Origin: Octopus sinensis
Lineage: Eukaryota
DNA length: 64,000 bases
NCBI RefSeq assembly: GCF_006345805.1
Contig: NC_043000.1
Coordinates: 100,316,001 to 100,380,000 of the forward strand
Reading direction: 5' to 3'
The notes under the pieces were generated by a model. The model did not search any database, was not told where the DNA came from, and saw only the letters and a list, made by a program, of their open reading frames with translations. Below, in pieces: positions 12,235 through 22,119 of this stretch. The position numbers and the translations under genes are program-made. The first letter of the stretch is position 1. Every line of letters begins with the position of its first letter.

Positions 12235-13050
12235 AAGGCAGCAAGCTGGCAGAATCATTAACACGCTGGATGAAATGCTTAGTAGTATTTCACCCGTCAG
12301 TACGTTCTGAGTTCAAATTCTGCCAAGGTCAACTTTGCCTTTTATCCTTTCAGGGTCGATAAAATAAGTACCAGTTGGACACCAGGGGCAATGGAATCAA
12401 CTCATCCCAACCTCCCTGCAAGCTGCCCCAGTGGCAAAAATTTGAAATAATTATTATCAGTCTGCTGAGTGGTTGGTGTTAGGAAGGGCAGACATCTATA
12501 AAAATCCCACCAAAACAGTTACAGAAGTCTGGTGCAGCCTTCTGCCTGGCCAGTTCTTATCAAACCATCCCACCCATGTCAGCACGGAAGGCGGACGTTA
12601 AACGATGATGATTATTATTATCAAGAATGTAGTAAGCTGGCAGAATCGTTAGCGTGCCGGACAAAATGTTTAGTGGTGTTTTGCCTGTCGCTATCTTCTG
12701 AGTTCAAATTCCGCTGAGGTCAACTTTACCTTTCATCTTTTCAGGATTGATAAATTAAGTACCAGTTGAACACTGGGGTTGATGTAACTGACTTATCCCA
12801 TCCCCTAAAATTGTTGCCCTTGTGGCAAAATTTGAAACTATTATTATTATCATTAAGCGAAGACAATGAACTGGCATAACTAAGACAAAATGCTTAGTGG
12901 CATTACGTTCTGAGTTCAGATTCCACTGAGGTCAACTTTGACTTTTCTCCTTTTGGGGTTAATAAAGTATCATTGAAGCAGTGGGGTAATTGAGCATCCC
13001 ACTTCCTTGAACTTGTTAGCCTTGTGCCAAACATTGAAATTCATATTATT
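12235..13050 (+). mobile_element. Cluster of three SINE A copies plus an RTE 3'-tail fragment (12460-12612)
   Basis: SINE heads at ~12237, ~12632 and ~12860, each with gttcaaatt/gttcagatt and ctttgcctt.catcc. The RTE tail reads ggttggtgttaggaagggca...ggacgttaaacgatgatgat. Confidence 0.85.
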
Positions 13051-13500
13051 ATGATCCCATTACCTTTAAATGGAGTCTGGACAAATTTCTTCAAGGAATA
13101 CCGGATAAGCCACCCATACCTGGATACAACTCACTCAACAAGAACTCACTACTTGAATGGACCATAAACAAAACTTGACTTAAACAGGATTTAGATAATC
13201 CTATCAGGTGGTGCTATTAAGTTAGACATGGCCTGGACCAATCTTTGGTCGAAACATATCTAAGTTTTATTAAGTTAGTGTCTGAGCATAAAATTATGAT
13301 GCAAGGTTTAAACTTAAATTAGTTGCATTTTCATCATCATCATCGTTTAACGTCCGCTATCCATGCTAGCATGGGTTGGACGGTTCAACTGGGGTCTGGC
13401 AAGCCCGAAGGCTGCACCAGGCCAGTCAGATCTGGCAGTGTTTCTACAGCTGGATGCCCTTCCTAACGCCAACCACTCCGAGAGTGTAGTGGGTGATTTT

Positions 13501-13780
13501 ATGTGCCACCGACACAGGTGCCAGACGAGGCTGGCAGACGGCCACGCTCGGATGGTGTTTTTTATGTGCCACCGACACAGGTGCCAGACGAGGCTGGCTG
13601 ACGGCCACGCTCGGATGGTGTTTTCTTATGTGTCACCGACACAGGTGCCAGACGGGGCTGGCGGACGGCCACGCTCGGATGGTGTTTGTTACGTGCCCTC
13701 AGCACGGAGGCCAGTCGTTGCGGTACTGGCTACGATCACGTTCGGATGGTTTTCTTATGTGCCACCGGCACTGGTACCAC
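13501..13780 (-). repeat. 63-66-bp tandem repeat (~4.4 units) in the RTE 3'UTR
   Basis: Units start at 13501, 13564, 13628, ~13691 and ~13757. Consensus atgtgccaccgacacaggtgccagacgaggctggcagacggccacgctcggatggtgttttt. Confidence 0.95.
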
Positions 13781-13952
13781 AAGGATACAAATTCCATTGA
13801 TGTTCATCTATTTTGATTTGGTTCGATTTGATTTGATTTGATTCGATTCGATTCTCACTTGCCTGAACAGGTCTTCACAAGTGTCACAAGAAGGAAGGTA
13901 TGCACAGGTGGACTGACTACGTCCCAGGTAGGGGCCACGGATTATGGCTTCA

Positions 13953-16067
13953 CTAGTCTTGCCGGGTCTTCTCACGCACAGCATACTTCCATAGGTCTCG
14001 GTCTCTAGTCATTTCCATGGTGAGACCTAACGTCCGAAGGTCGTGCTTCACCACTTCGTCCCAGGTTTTCCTGGGTCTACCTCTTCCACGGGTTCCCTCA
14101 ACTGCTAGGGATTGGCACTTTCTCACACACCTATCTTCATCCATTCTCGCCACATGACCATACCAGCGCAATCGTCTCTCTTGCACACAACAACTGATGC
14201 TTCTTAGGTACAACATTTCTCTCAAGGTACTAACGCTCTGTCGAGTAAGTACACTGACATTACACATCCATCGGAGCATACTGGCTTCGTTCCTCACAAG
14301 CTTACGCATGTCCTCAGCAGTCACGGCCCATGTTTCACTGCCATGTAGCATAGCTGTTCGTACACATGCATCATACAGTCTGCCTTTTACTCTGAGCGAG
14401 AGGCCTTTAGTCACCAGCAGAGGTAAGAGCTCCCTAAACTTTGCCCAGGCTATTCTTATTCTAGCAGTTACACTTTCAGCGCACCCGCCCCCACTACTGA
14501 CTTGGTCACCTAGATAGCGGAAGCTATCAACTACTTCTAGTTTTTCCCCCCGGAAAGTGACGGAAGTTGTTTTCTGCATATTTCCGGAGGTCAATGCTCC
14601 AGAGCATCTGCCACATACAAAAACTATCTTCCCAGTTAGCCTACCTTTGACATTGCTGCACCTCTTATGTGTCCATAGCTTACACTGGGTACATCTTATA
14701 GAGTTTCTACCTACACCTTTTCTACAGATCGAGCAGGGCCATCTTCCTGAGGATATTTGTGGATTTTCTAACTTTCTACTTATTAGTACTTTGGTTTTAG
14801 CTAGGTTGACTCTAAGGCCCCTCGATTCTAAACCCTCCTTCCACACCTGGAACTTCTCCTCCAGTTCTGATAGTGACTCAGCGATTAGAGCGAGGTCGTC
14901 AGCATAGAGGAGCTCCCAGGGGCAACCTGTCTTGAATTCCTCCACAATTGCCTGGAGGACTATGATAAATAGGAGGGGGCTGAGTACTGAACCCTGGTGG
15001 ACCCCAACCTCTACCTTGAATTCTTCTGTGTACATGCTGCCAACTCTAACCTTACTTACGGCATCTCTGTACATGGCTTGCACAGCCCTCACCAGCCATT
15101 CATCTATCCCTAGTTTCCTCATTGGCCACCAGATGAGGGAACGGGGGACCCTATCAAAGGCTTTCGCCATGTCAACGAAAGCCAGGTACAGGGGCTTATC
15201 TTTGGCTAGGTATTTCTCCTGCAGCTGCCTTACCAGGAATATAGCATCAGTGGTGCTTTTCCCTGGGACAAACCCAAACTGCATCTCATCTAAACTAACT
15301 CTCTCTCTAATTAGTTGGGCTATGACCCTCTCCGTAACCTTCATTACCTGATCCAACAGCTTGATACCTCTGTAATTATTTGTATCCAGGGCATCACCTT
15401 TACCTTTGTAGCAGTTGACTAGTATGCTGCTACACCAGTCATTGGGTATGACTCCTTCGTGTATCACCTGGTTGACTATACAGGTGACTAGGTTATAGCC
15501 GACACTGCCAGATATTTTGAGCATCTCTGCAGTAATTCCTGATGGGCCTGGGGCTTTCCCTGTCTTCATGCTTCTAATTGCCTTAGCTACCACGGAACTA
15601 TCAACTCGGATAGCTGGTCCCTCTGTTGGGTCAACATTCGGCAGACTCTCTTTATCCCATTCATTTTCTTTATTCAGCAACCTTTCATAGTGGCATCTCC
15701 AAACCTCTCTCTTTGCATCCTCATTTAGCGCAAGTGAACCATCATCCATGCGAACACACTTCTCTCCTACCACATCACGATTCTCTCTCACACACTGTCT
15801 TGCAACACGAAATACCTCAAGTCTTTCATCCTCACGGCTCAGAACATTGGCAAATTTTTTCTTATCCGCTTCCCCTCTGGCTAAATAAACCTGTCTCCTA
15901 GCTTCCCTTTTGGCTGTCTGATACAATTCCCTGCTACCACCGTTCTTCCAGTCCTTCCAAGCTTGTCTCTTTTGTCTAATAGCCCTGTCAACCACAGTGT
16001 TCCACCACCATGTTACTCTGGGTCGAGATGGTACTTTGCTCCATCCACAGATCTGGTCAGTGGCTGT
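13953..16067 (-). CDS. RTE reverse transcriptase ORF (truncated; frame open for ~704 codons, no native start)
   Basis: Motifs GKAPGPSGI, NYRGIKLL, QFGFVPGKSTTDAI, FVDMAKAFDRV, GVHQGSVLSPLLF, LYADDLAL, FRYLG, LRWYGHV and RGRGRPRKTW. The frame extends 24 codons beyond the tracked ORF start (TATDQICGWSKVPSRPRVTWWWNT). Confidence 0.96.
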   Translation of the reverse strand, partial: TATDQICGWSKVPSRPRVTWWWNTVVDRAIRQKRQAWKDWKNGGSRELYQTAKREARRQVYLARGEADKKKFANVLSREDERLEVFRVARQCVRENRDVVGEKCVRMDDGSLALNEDAKREVWRCHYERLLNKENEWDKESLPNVDPTEGPAIRVDSSVVAKAIRSMKTGKAPGPSGITAEMLKISGSVGYNLVTCIVNQVIHEGVIPNDWCSSILVNCYKGKGDALDTNNYRGIKLLDQVMKVTERVIAQLIRERVSLDEMQFGFVPGKSTTDAIFLVRQLQEKYLAKDKPLYLAFVDMAKAFDRVPRSLIWWPMRKLGIDEWLVRAVQAMYRDAVSKVRVGSMYTEEFKVEVGVHQGSVLSPLLFIIVLQAIVEEFKTGCPWELLYADDLALIAESLSELEEKFQVWKEGLESRGLRVNLAKTKVLISRKLENPQISSGRWPCSICRKGVGRNSIRCTQCKLWTHKRCSNVKGRLTGKIVFVCGRCSGALTSGNMQKTTSVTFRGEKLEVVDSFRYLGDQVSSGGGCAESVTARIRIAWAKFRELLPLLVTKGLSLRVKGRLYDACVRTAMLHGSETWAVTAEDMRKLVRNEASMLRWMCNVSVLTRQSVSTLREMLYLRSISCCVQERRLRWYGHVARMDEDRCVRKCQSLAVEGTRGRGRPRKTWDEVVKHDLRTLGLTMEMTRDRDLWKYAVREKTRQD

Positions 16068-16208
16068 CTAATGAATTGTGTATAATGAAACCAGTGTAGT
16101 CTCAGACAAGTGGATTGATATAAAAGAGTTAATGGTGTGTAAAGAATGAACTTTGAGCTGACAGCAATTGGAATCAAAGTCAAACAAGACAGTATTAAAA
16201 GGCATAAA

Positions 16209-16427
16209 TTTATCTTTTATCTTTTACTTGCTTCAGTCCCTGTTGACTGCAGCCATGCTGAGGAACTGCCTTGAATTTTTAGTCAAATGAATTCACTTCA
16301 ATACTTATTTTTTGAGCCTGGTACTTATTCTGTCAGACTCTTTTGCTGAACCACTAAGTTATGGGGGATGTAAACACACCAACACTGGTTGTCAAGCAGT
16401 AATGGGGGGATAAAGAGAGACACAAAG

Positions 16428-16459
<32 letters not shown>

Positions 16460-16460
16460 G
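16209..16460 (-). mobile_element. SINE family B, 3' half
   Basis: tttatcttttacttgcttcagtc...ctcttttgctgaaccactaagtt...gtaaacacaccaacactggttgtcaagc is the reverse complement of the family B tail. Confidence 0.85.
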
Positions 16461-16640
16461 TCGTGGCCAATGACAGTACAACCTGATTGGCACCCATGCC
16501 AGTGGCATGTTAAAAGCACCATTTGAGCATGATCATCGCTAGTGCCACCTGACTGGCTTCTGTGCCAGAGGCATGTAAAAAACACCATTCAAGCATGGAC
16601 GTTGCCAATGCCAGTGGCACATAAAAAGCACCATTTGAAA
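16461..16640 (+). mobile_element. Isolated RTE 3'UTR repeat units
   Basis: gtggccaatgacagtacaacctgattggcacc...gtggcatgttaaaagcaccatt units match the 6070-6185 and 13501-13780 units. Confidence 0.75.
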
Positions 16641-16800
16641 CTTCTCAAACCCTGCATTACCCACTTGCAACAAAGACACCACACTGATTCTATGGACAAA
16701 GGATTCAAAAGCATTCCCCAATGGGAATATGCTAATCTTCTCTCTTTCAACAGTAAGAAAACACAAATGCTACACATACAAAGAAAACAACATTGTATTA

Positions 16801-16935
16801 TCCTGTCCAGTACGAGAGGAACCGCAGGATCAGAGCAACAGTTTGCACGCTCGCTTGATAGAGTGGTGGTGCCAGGCTACCTCTGAGTGATAACGGCTGA
16901 ACGCCTCTAAGCTGGAACTGTAGCCGGACCTGAGT
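16801..16935 (+). rRNA. 28S (LSU) rRNA-derived fragment covering the sarcin-ricin loop and following helices; not a gene
   Basis: AGTACGAGAGGAAC (SRL) at 16809-16822 and the eukaryotic CTGAACGCCTCTAAG at 16897-16911, correctly spaced. The intervening helices still base-pair. Confidence 0.93.
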
Positions 16936-16937
16936 TT

Positions 16938-17169
16938 AAGGTGGCGAGCTGGTAGAAACGTTAGCACACCAAGCGAAATGCTTAGCGGTATTTCGTCTGC
17001 CATTACATTCTGAGTTGAAATTCCGCCAAGGTCAACTTTGCCTTTCATCCTTTTGGGGTCGATAAATTAAGTACCAGTTACGCACTGGGGTCGATCTAAT
17101 CGACTTAACCCCTTTGTCTGTCCTTGTTTGTCCTCTCTATGTTTAGCCCCTTGAGGGCAATAAAGAAAT
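16938..17169 (+). mobile_element. SINE family A, full length, fused 3' of the rRNA fragment
   Basis: Runs from aaggtggcgagctggtagaaacgttagcac through ctttgcctttcatcc to gcaataaagaaat. The TSD aagaaaacaacattgtatta lies at 16781-16800 and 17170-17189. Confidence 0.95.
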
Positions 17170-20100
17170 AAGAAAACAACATTGTATTACACCTCTCTTG
17201 CACATGAGCAACGCACAACCAGAACCTTTGCAATCACACAAATTATTGGGCCACAATATCAATGAGGATTACTCCTAGCAAAAAACATTCTTTACATAGC
17301 TAGTACTGAATCCCAATGACTGACCCTTCTCTCCAAGGCTACAAGATACTTTATCTGCCAACAATATTGACATTTCCGCAAAAATCACATGAAAACCACA
17401 ATGAAGAATAGCTCCCCATCAGGGATGGTGCTACTGCTATGCACACAGACATGTTAAAACCATAACATCTGCAAAAAATCCACCTCAATGTGTGGCATAT
17501 ATTATTTGAAGACACTGTCCAGCCTCTGGCCCACAGGCATTTTGTCATCTCTACCTTTTCTGCTTGCTCTATAATGGACTCTAGTCTTCAGTGTTGTCTG
17601 GACTCATGCCAACGACACCCAGGCATTCCCGATCTACCCATTTCTTCTCCTCTTATCACACCCTTTGCACCAAACCCAGTTCACCAAGCCCTGCATTAGC
17701 CATAATACCTAGTCCTTCCTTTACAGAATAATGGCCCTCTGGAATTCGTTCTGTACTCATGTCTTTCCCACAAGGGTAACTTGCAATAATTCAAAGGAAA
17801 CATAAATAGATTCAATCTCTATGATATCAGAGGGTTTGCAAAGACCATAGGTACTCCTTTTTTTCTGAACTCAGTAAAGAAAAAGCAATGAGAATTTTAC
17901 AATTGAATTCTTATGTGTGGTAACAAATATCAATTGCAATTCATAATTATCCTAAATTGCATTTCTAAAGGCTATTTAAATTGTATTCATTTTGATTCAT
18001 ATTGTTTACTGTTTCAGTTGCAATTTGAACTCAAATATAACTGCATATGCAAAAAGAGAAAATTAAATCAGATTGTTAAATAATATTTTTAATCTGGACC
18101 ATTATGATGAGAAAGACAGGATAATGCTGTCTAGGAAAAACTTTTGTACCATAAATCAAGATGGCATGGTTGGAATGCTTTTGATCAAAGATTTTCTCAC
18201 AAAACTGGATAAAGACTAACTGTAGTGAAATTTTTAATAAATGGCACGCGACCGCACACACACACACACACACACATACACGCACGCATGCGAAAGTAAA
18301 TCAAACCGTTAAATAATATTCTTTAAAATGTCTGCTTTGGACTGTGGCATCATTGGTGTACTCGCAAAAACTTGAGTGCAGTTTACTGTCGTAAAAAAAG
18401 TGAAAGTAAATTGCCCTAAAAAAATGAAAGTAAATTGCGATACAATCCGGAAGTGACGACAATGACATCCCATAATTTCATGTAAACACTATCTGACATA
18501 AAGAAAGTATAGAACGTGCATTTATTTCATAAAACATGAAAACCGTACATATATATATTTTTAATGACAATTTACTCTCATGGTAAACTTGATGCTAACC
18601 AGGGAACGTAATTAAAAAAAAAAAAACAGTTCTACCAAGGATCACAGATGGAGAAAAACTAGAGAGTTCCTTCTTGACTTTGCTCTCAGCTAAGATCGGT
18701 TATGTGAACGTAGGCACTATGTTTTCTGTGAAAAAGTGTGATTAGGAAGCGAGTGCCTTTCTATTTCAGTATGTAAAGAGCGAAGGTAATCAATAATGTT
18801 AGTTTCCTTATTTGGTCCTACAAACGATTGTCTGCTTTATTTGGAAACTGTTAATCAATTTGTTTTTGTGATAAACATGAAACAAAAGTAGACATATATA
18901 TTCAGAGAAAGAAAGAGAAGAAATAAATCTCAGAAAAAGACGTCCTGGAATTTGTAAATAAGAAAGACAGGAGAAAGAGAAGTACAGGGAGAGAAACAGA
19001 GAAATAAATATAAAAAAAAAAGGAAAGAGAGAGCGAAATATATATTGAAGATGTCACTTACTTCCTGTGAGAATGAATCGTTTATGAATCACCAATCAGA
19101 ATGTTGTTGATGCTGACGATTAAGCAGACGATAAACAAGGTTTTGCTAGTTAAACTTCATCAATAAATGTATTCAGTTTGTTTATATAATTTGTTTTCCT
19201 TAAAATTAAGCCAACATATGCAAATCATGGAGAGCAAAACTATAGAATCGGAAGTAGAATTAAAGCGCATGTGCAAAATCAAAATGAGGCTGATCAGCCT
19301 CGATTTCGATTTTCTTGTATTATAATGTGTATTAATATGCATATTCTCCGAGCTGTAAGTTAATGACATTCCAGTAAAATACTGAACTTTATTTAATTGG
19401 ATTGTTAGACTCAGTTAAGGACAACAGATAGCTGTCTTGTTTTCAGACGATATCATTTGCTCGATCGACAAACTCCGATGCTTACACGTTCTAAATTGCA
19501 TGAGTTCAAAGATATCAGTTCCTATGACTTTCAACAAATTCACGAAATCAGTTCAGAAGAACGCATGAAAAAGCATTTCACCAATTATGGCACCAAAAGA
19601 TTATTTGCCATTGAAATAACAGCAAGGAGACATCGTTTTCGGTGCCATGCATTCCTTTAAAACAATACTACAACGAAAGAACTGAAAGACTAAGATGACT
19701 GCACGCTTACAAACATTGTTGGATCATTCGCGCTTTCATTTTGTACGCCTGCAAAACGTTCGATATATGAGTTCACGAATGCATTTTCCAAGTGCGTTAA
19801 TTATATTGCTTCTTTCTAGGTCTGATCGTAGGTATTTTCATCGTAGCCATCCTGTCTGCTGCTTTTTCTGACAGATCAAGAAATTCATATCCAAAAAGTT
19901 TTTCTTTGCTGTTGTTGCTTTGCCTCAGTTGCCTATGATCAAAACTTTTCATACTATCTTCATTTTTTTTCTATAAGAGACGGACAACATTATTTAATGT
20001 GCCCTTCCTCTAAACATTTCTCGCTGATGGAAGGACTAGGCTGTTTTCTAATTTATTTTATTAACGAAAACTAATCTACACCTGTGAGTGTACTTCTGAT

Positions 20101-20533
20101 TAAAAGCGTTTCAATCGTGAATCTTTCTTTTTTTTTCTAGACATTATACGTATGTCCTTTCTCCAGAGCAGTCATGGACAATCTGCGGCCTGCAAGACTT
20201 TCTAAATAGAACGCCTCATGTGAAGTTACAATGAATATTTTTAGCGGTGTGTCCTGCCTGATGATGAATCAAGATCGTCCATTCCTACAGTCAACAGGAA
20301 ATGATTTGAAGGACCGCTCTTTTCAATACTTCTCGTATCCAGTTTCACTTTTTCGTCTTCCTGTTCCCACTTTTCAATCTTGCCCGTCATCTCTCTCATC
20401 CCTTCTCTCTCCTCTTCTCTCTATACTGGGTCTCCTTTACTCTCTTCATATTTCACAGCTAGACTTTTGGTCTAAAGTTGTGTCATTATTTTGAAGAAAT
20501 GGCCGCATTTATACCCGCACGCACACACACACA

Positions 20534-20572
<39 letters not shown>

Positions 20573-20575
20573 ACT

Positions 20576-20606
<31 letters not shown>

Positions 20607-20702
20607 ATATAAAGTTTCCTTGTCCATCCTTTATGTTTAATTTGGAACGATCATGAGATCTCTTCAGTTTGGCTCACAGATTTTTTTTATTATTTCTTTT
20701 TC

Positions 20703-21712
20703 TAACTAAACAGTTTGAAACTTCGTATACTGGTGTAATTTCGCTGAACACGGTTTACTTATAACAGTTTTGATAAAATTCTGTTTTCTAGAAGATATTT
20801 CGTGTTGAAGCTGCTGTATTTAGGTAATTTTAACCAACCAACGACGCGTATTCAGCTGAAGAAACCTACAGCTTTTTGCGATAGTAATCGAAGAGCAACA
20901 ACTTCCGGGGCATCTCTACTAAATGTACTTTTCAACCACGTGTGGATTATACAGTGTGTTTGCTGGCTTGGCTATGAGTGCATGAAATATAGGAAGATAC
21001 TCAAAGAAATGAGATAGAGAGTATGTTAGAGAGAGAGTGAGAGGAGGAGGAGAGATAGCGCATATTTAGTAAAGATGACCTGGAAGTTGCTGCTTTTCGA
21101 TTACTATCGTAAACAGCAGTAGATTTCTTCAACTGAATACGCGTCGTTGATTGGTTTGTAGCGTAGCTAGGTGATATCTTCACTGTTTGAGAGATATATT
21201 AGAAATGATCTCGTGTTAGATAGCAACCATCTTCGGCTATTTTGACCCTGTTGTGTCCACTGCTCTGATTGGTTGACATTGGCGCAATTTGTCTCTTGAC
21301 TTATTTCGCGCCACTGTGTAAGCCAACCAATCACTGCCTTCGGATAAGGTCCCATGACACAGTCTTTTTGGGGTTTCACTGGAGCCCACCTCAGGTTATA
21401 AAAGGCGCCAGCAAATCACTATTTTTCTTCTTAGGTTCCAGTCCTTCTCAGAACTAACCTCTGACCACAGAGCGACTCAGCCAGTTCCAGTTCCAGCGAC
21501 AGACGACCAGACCAGCCAGCCATGTACCTGCTCCAGCCAATGGCGACGCTAACATACACCAGCAATGCTACAGGTTAAAATTGCCCAAATACGACAACTT
21601 TAGCACGAAATAACTTCTAGAATATGAAATTTTGTCAAAAATATTGAAAATGAACCGTGTTCAGCGTCAGAAATTACACCAATATACGAAGCTACGAACT
21701 GTTTAGTTGAGC
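20703..21712. mobile_element. Foldback/MITE-like element with ~220-bp inverted arms; right arm split by a ~430-bp segment
   Basis: 20829-20925 is the reverse complement of 21063-21158. 20703-20808 is the reverse complement of 21598-21712. Confidence 0.8.
21250..21575 (+). promoter_or_regulatory. Pol II promoter-like cassette (CCAAT boxes, E2F-type sites, TATA)
   Basis: ATTGG at 21268 and 21278, TTGGCGC at 21279, TTTCGCGC at 21304, CCAAT at 21327, TATAAAA at 21397 followed by GGCGCC. No downstream gene is visible. Confidence 0.4.
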
Positions 21713-22119
21713 TCATCTTCTGAATAAACTGGGTGTTAATGGCGTTTTTGTATGTTCCTTTCTCTGATTAAATTGAGCACTGTCATTAAATTATATTTCG
21801 TCTCACTAATGAGATTGCTTATTCAATCGAAACTTTCTAAATTCCGAGAAAATCCATAATTATATATTGTATATTAGTAAATTTTCCCGAAACCTACTGG
21901 ATAAATTATAAACAACATTGACGAATGAAAAGGTGGAAAACGGATAGAGATGAATAAGAACAAGAACAATGACAAAAGCTACAAGAACTTCATCCTATTT
22001 GGTCCATTTCAAAGCAAGTTTCTTTTCATGTGCATATTACAAATTTATAAAATTTTAATATTCTATATTCATAATCCTTGTTCAATGGATGCCTGGCTCG
22101 GTGGGCAAGTCGGAACGCC

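Larger units (their letters stand above)
13331..16067 (-). mobile_element. Young 5'-truncated RTE-clade LINE (RT, PHD finger, C-terminus, 3'UTR repeats, (GAT)n tail)
   Basis: Uninterrupted RT frame, no endonuclease domain (truncated just upstream of TWWWN), and a 3'UTR ending ggacgttaaacgatgatgatga. No clear TSD found. Confidence 0.97.
16680..17830 (+). mobile_element. Decayed CR1/Jockey-group LINE 3' part, interrupted at 16801-17169
   Basis: FKSIPQWEYANLLSFNSKKTQML (RT end), then DGATAMH and TVQPLAHRHFV (LQPL.HRR-type motif). The sequence resumes exactly after the duplicated 20-mer. Confidence 0.65.

Noticed and set aside
13225-13265. GACC-aatcttt-GGTC-GAAAC hammerhead-like scrap
   Set aside because: The CUGANGA core is reduced to CTG and no stem I is assignable; it is too decayed to call.
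13501-13780. CRISPR-like repeat-spacer array next to an RT
   Set aside because: The context is eukaryotic, units are near-identical along their whole length with no unique spacers, there are no cas genes, and it lies within a LINE 3'UTR.
16801-16935. Functional rRNA gene, or bacterial 23S contamination
   Set aside because: It is only 135 bp and lies inside a TSD. GAGAGGAACCG and CTGAACGCCTCTAAG are the eukaryotic forms, whereas bacteria have GAGAGGACC and CTGAAAGCATCTAAG.
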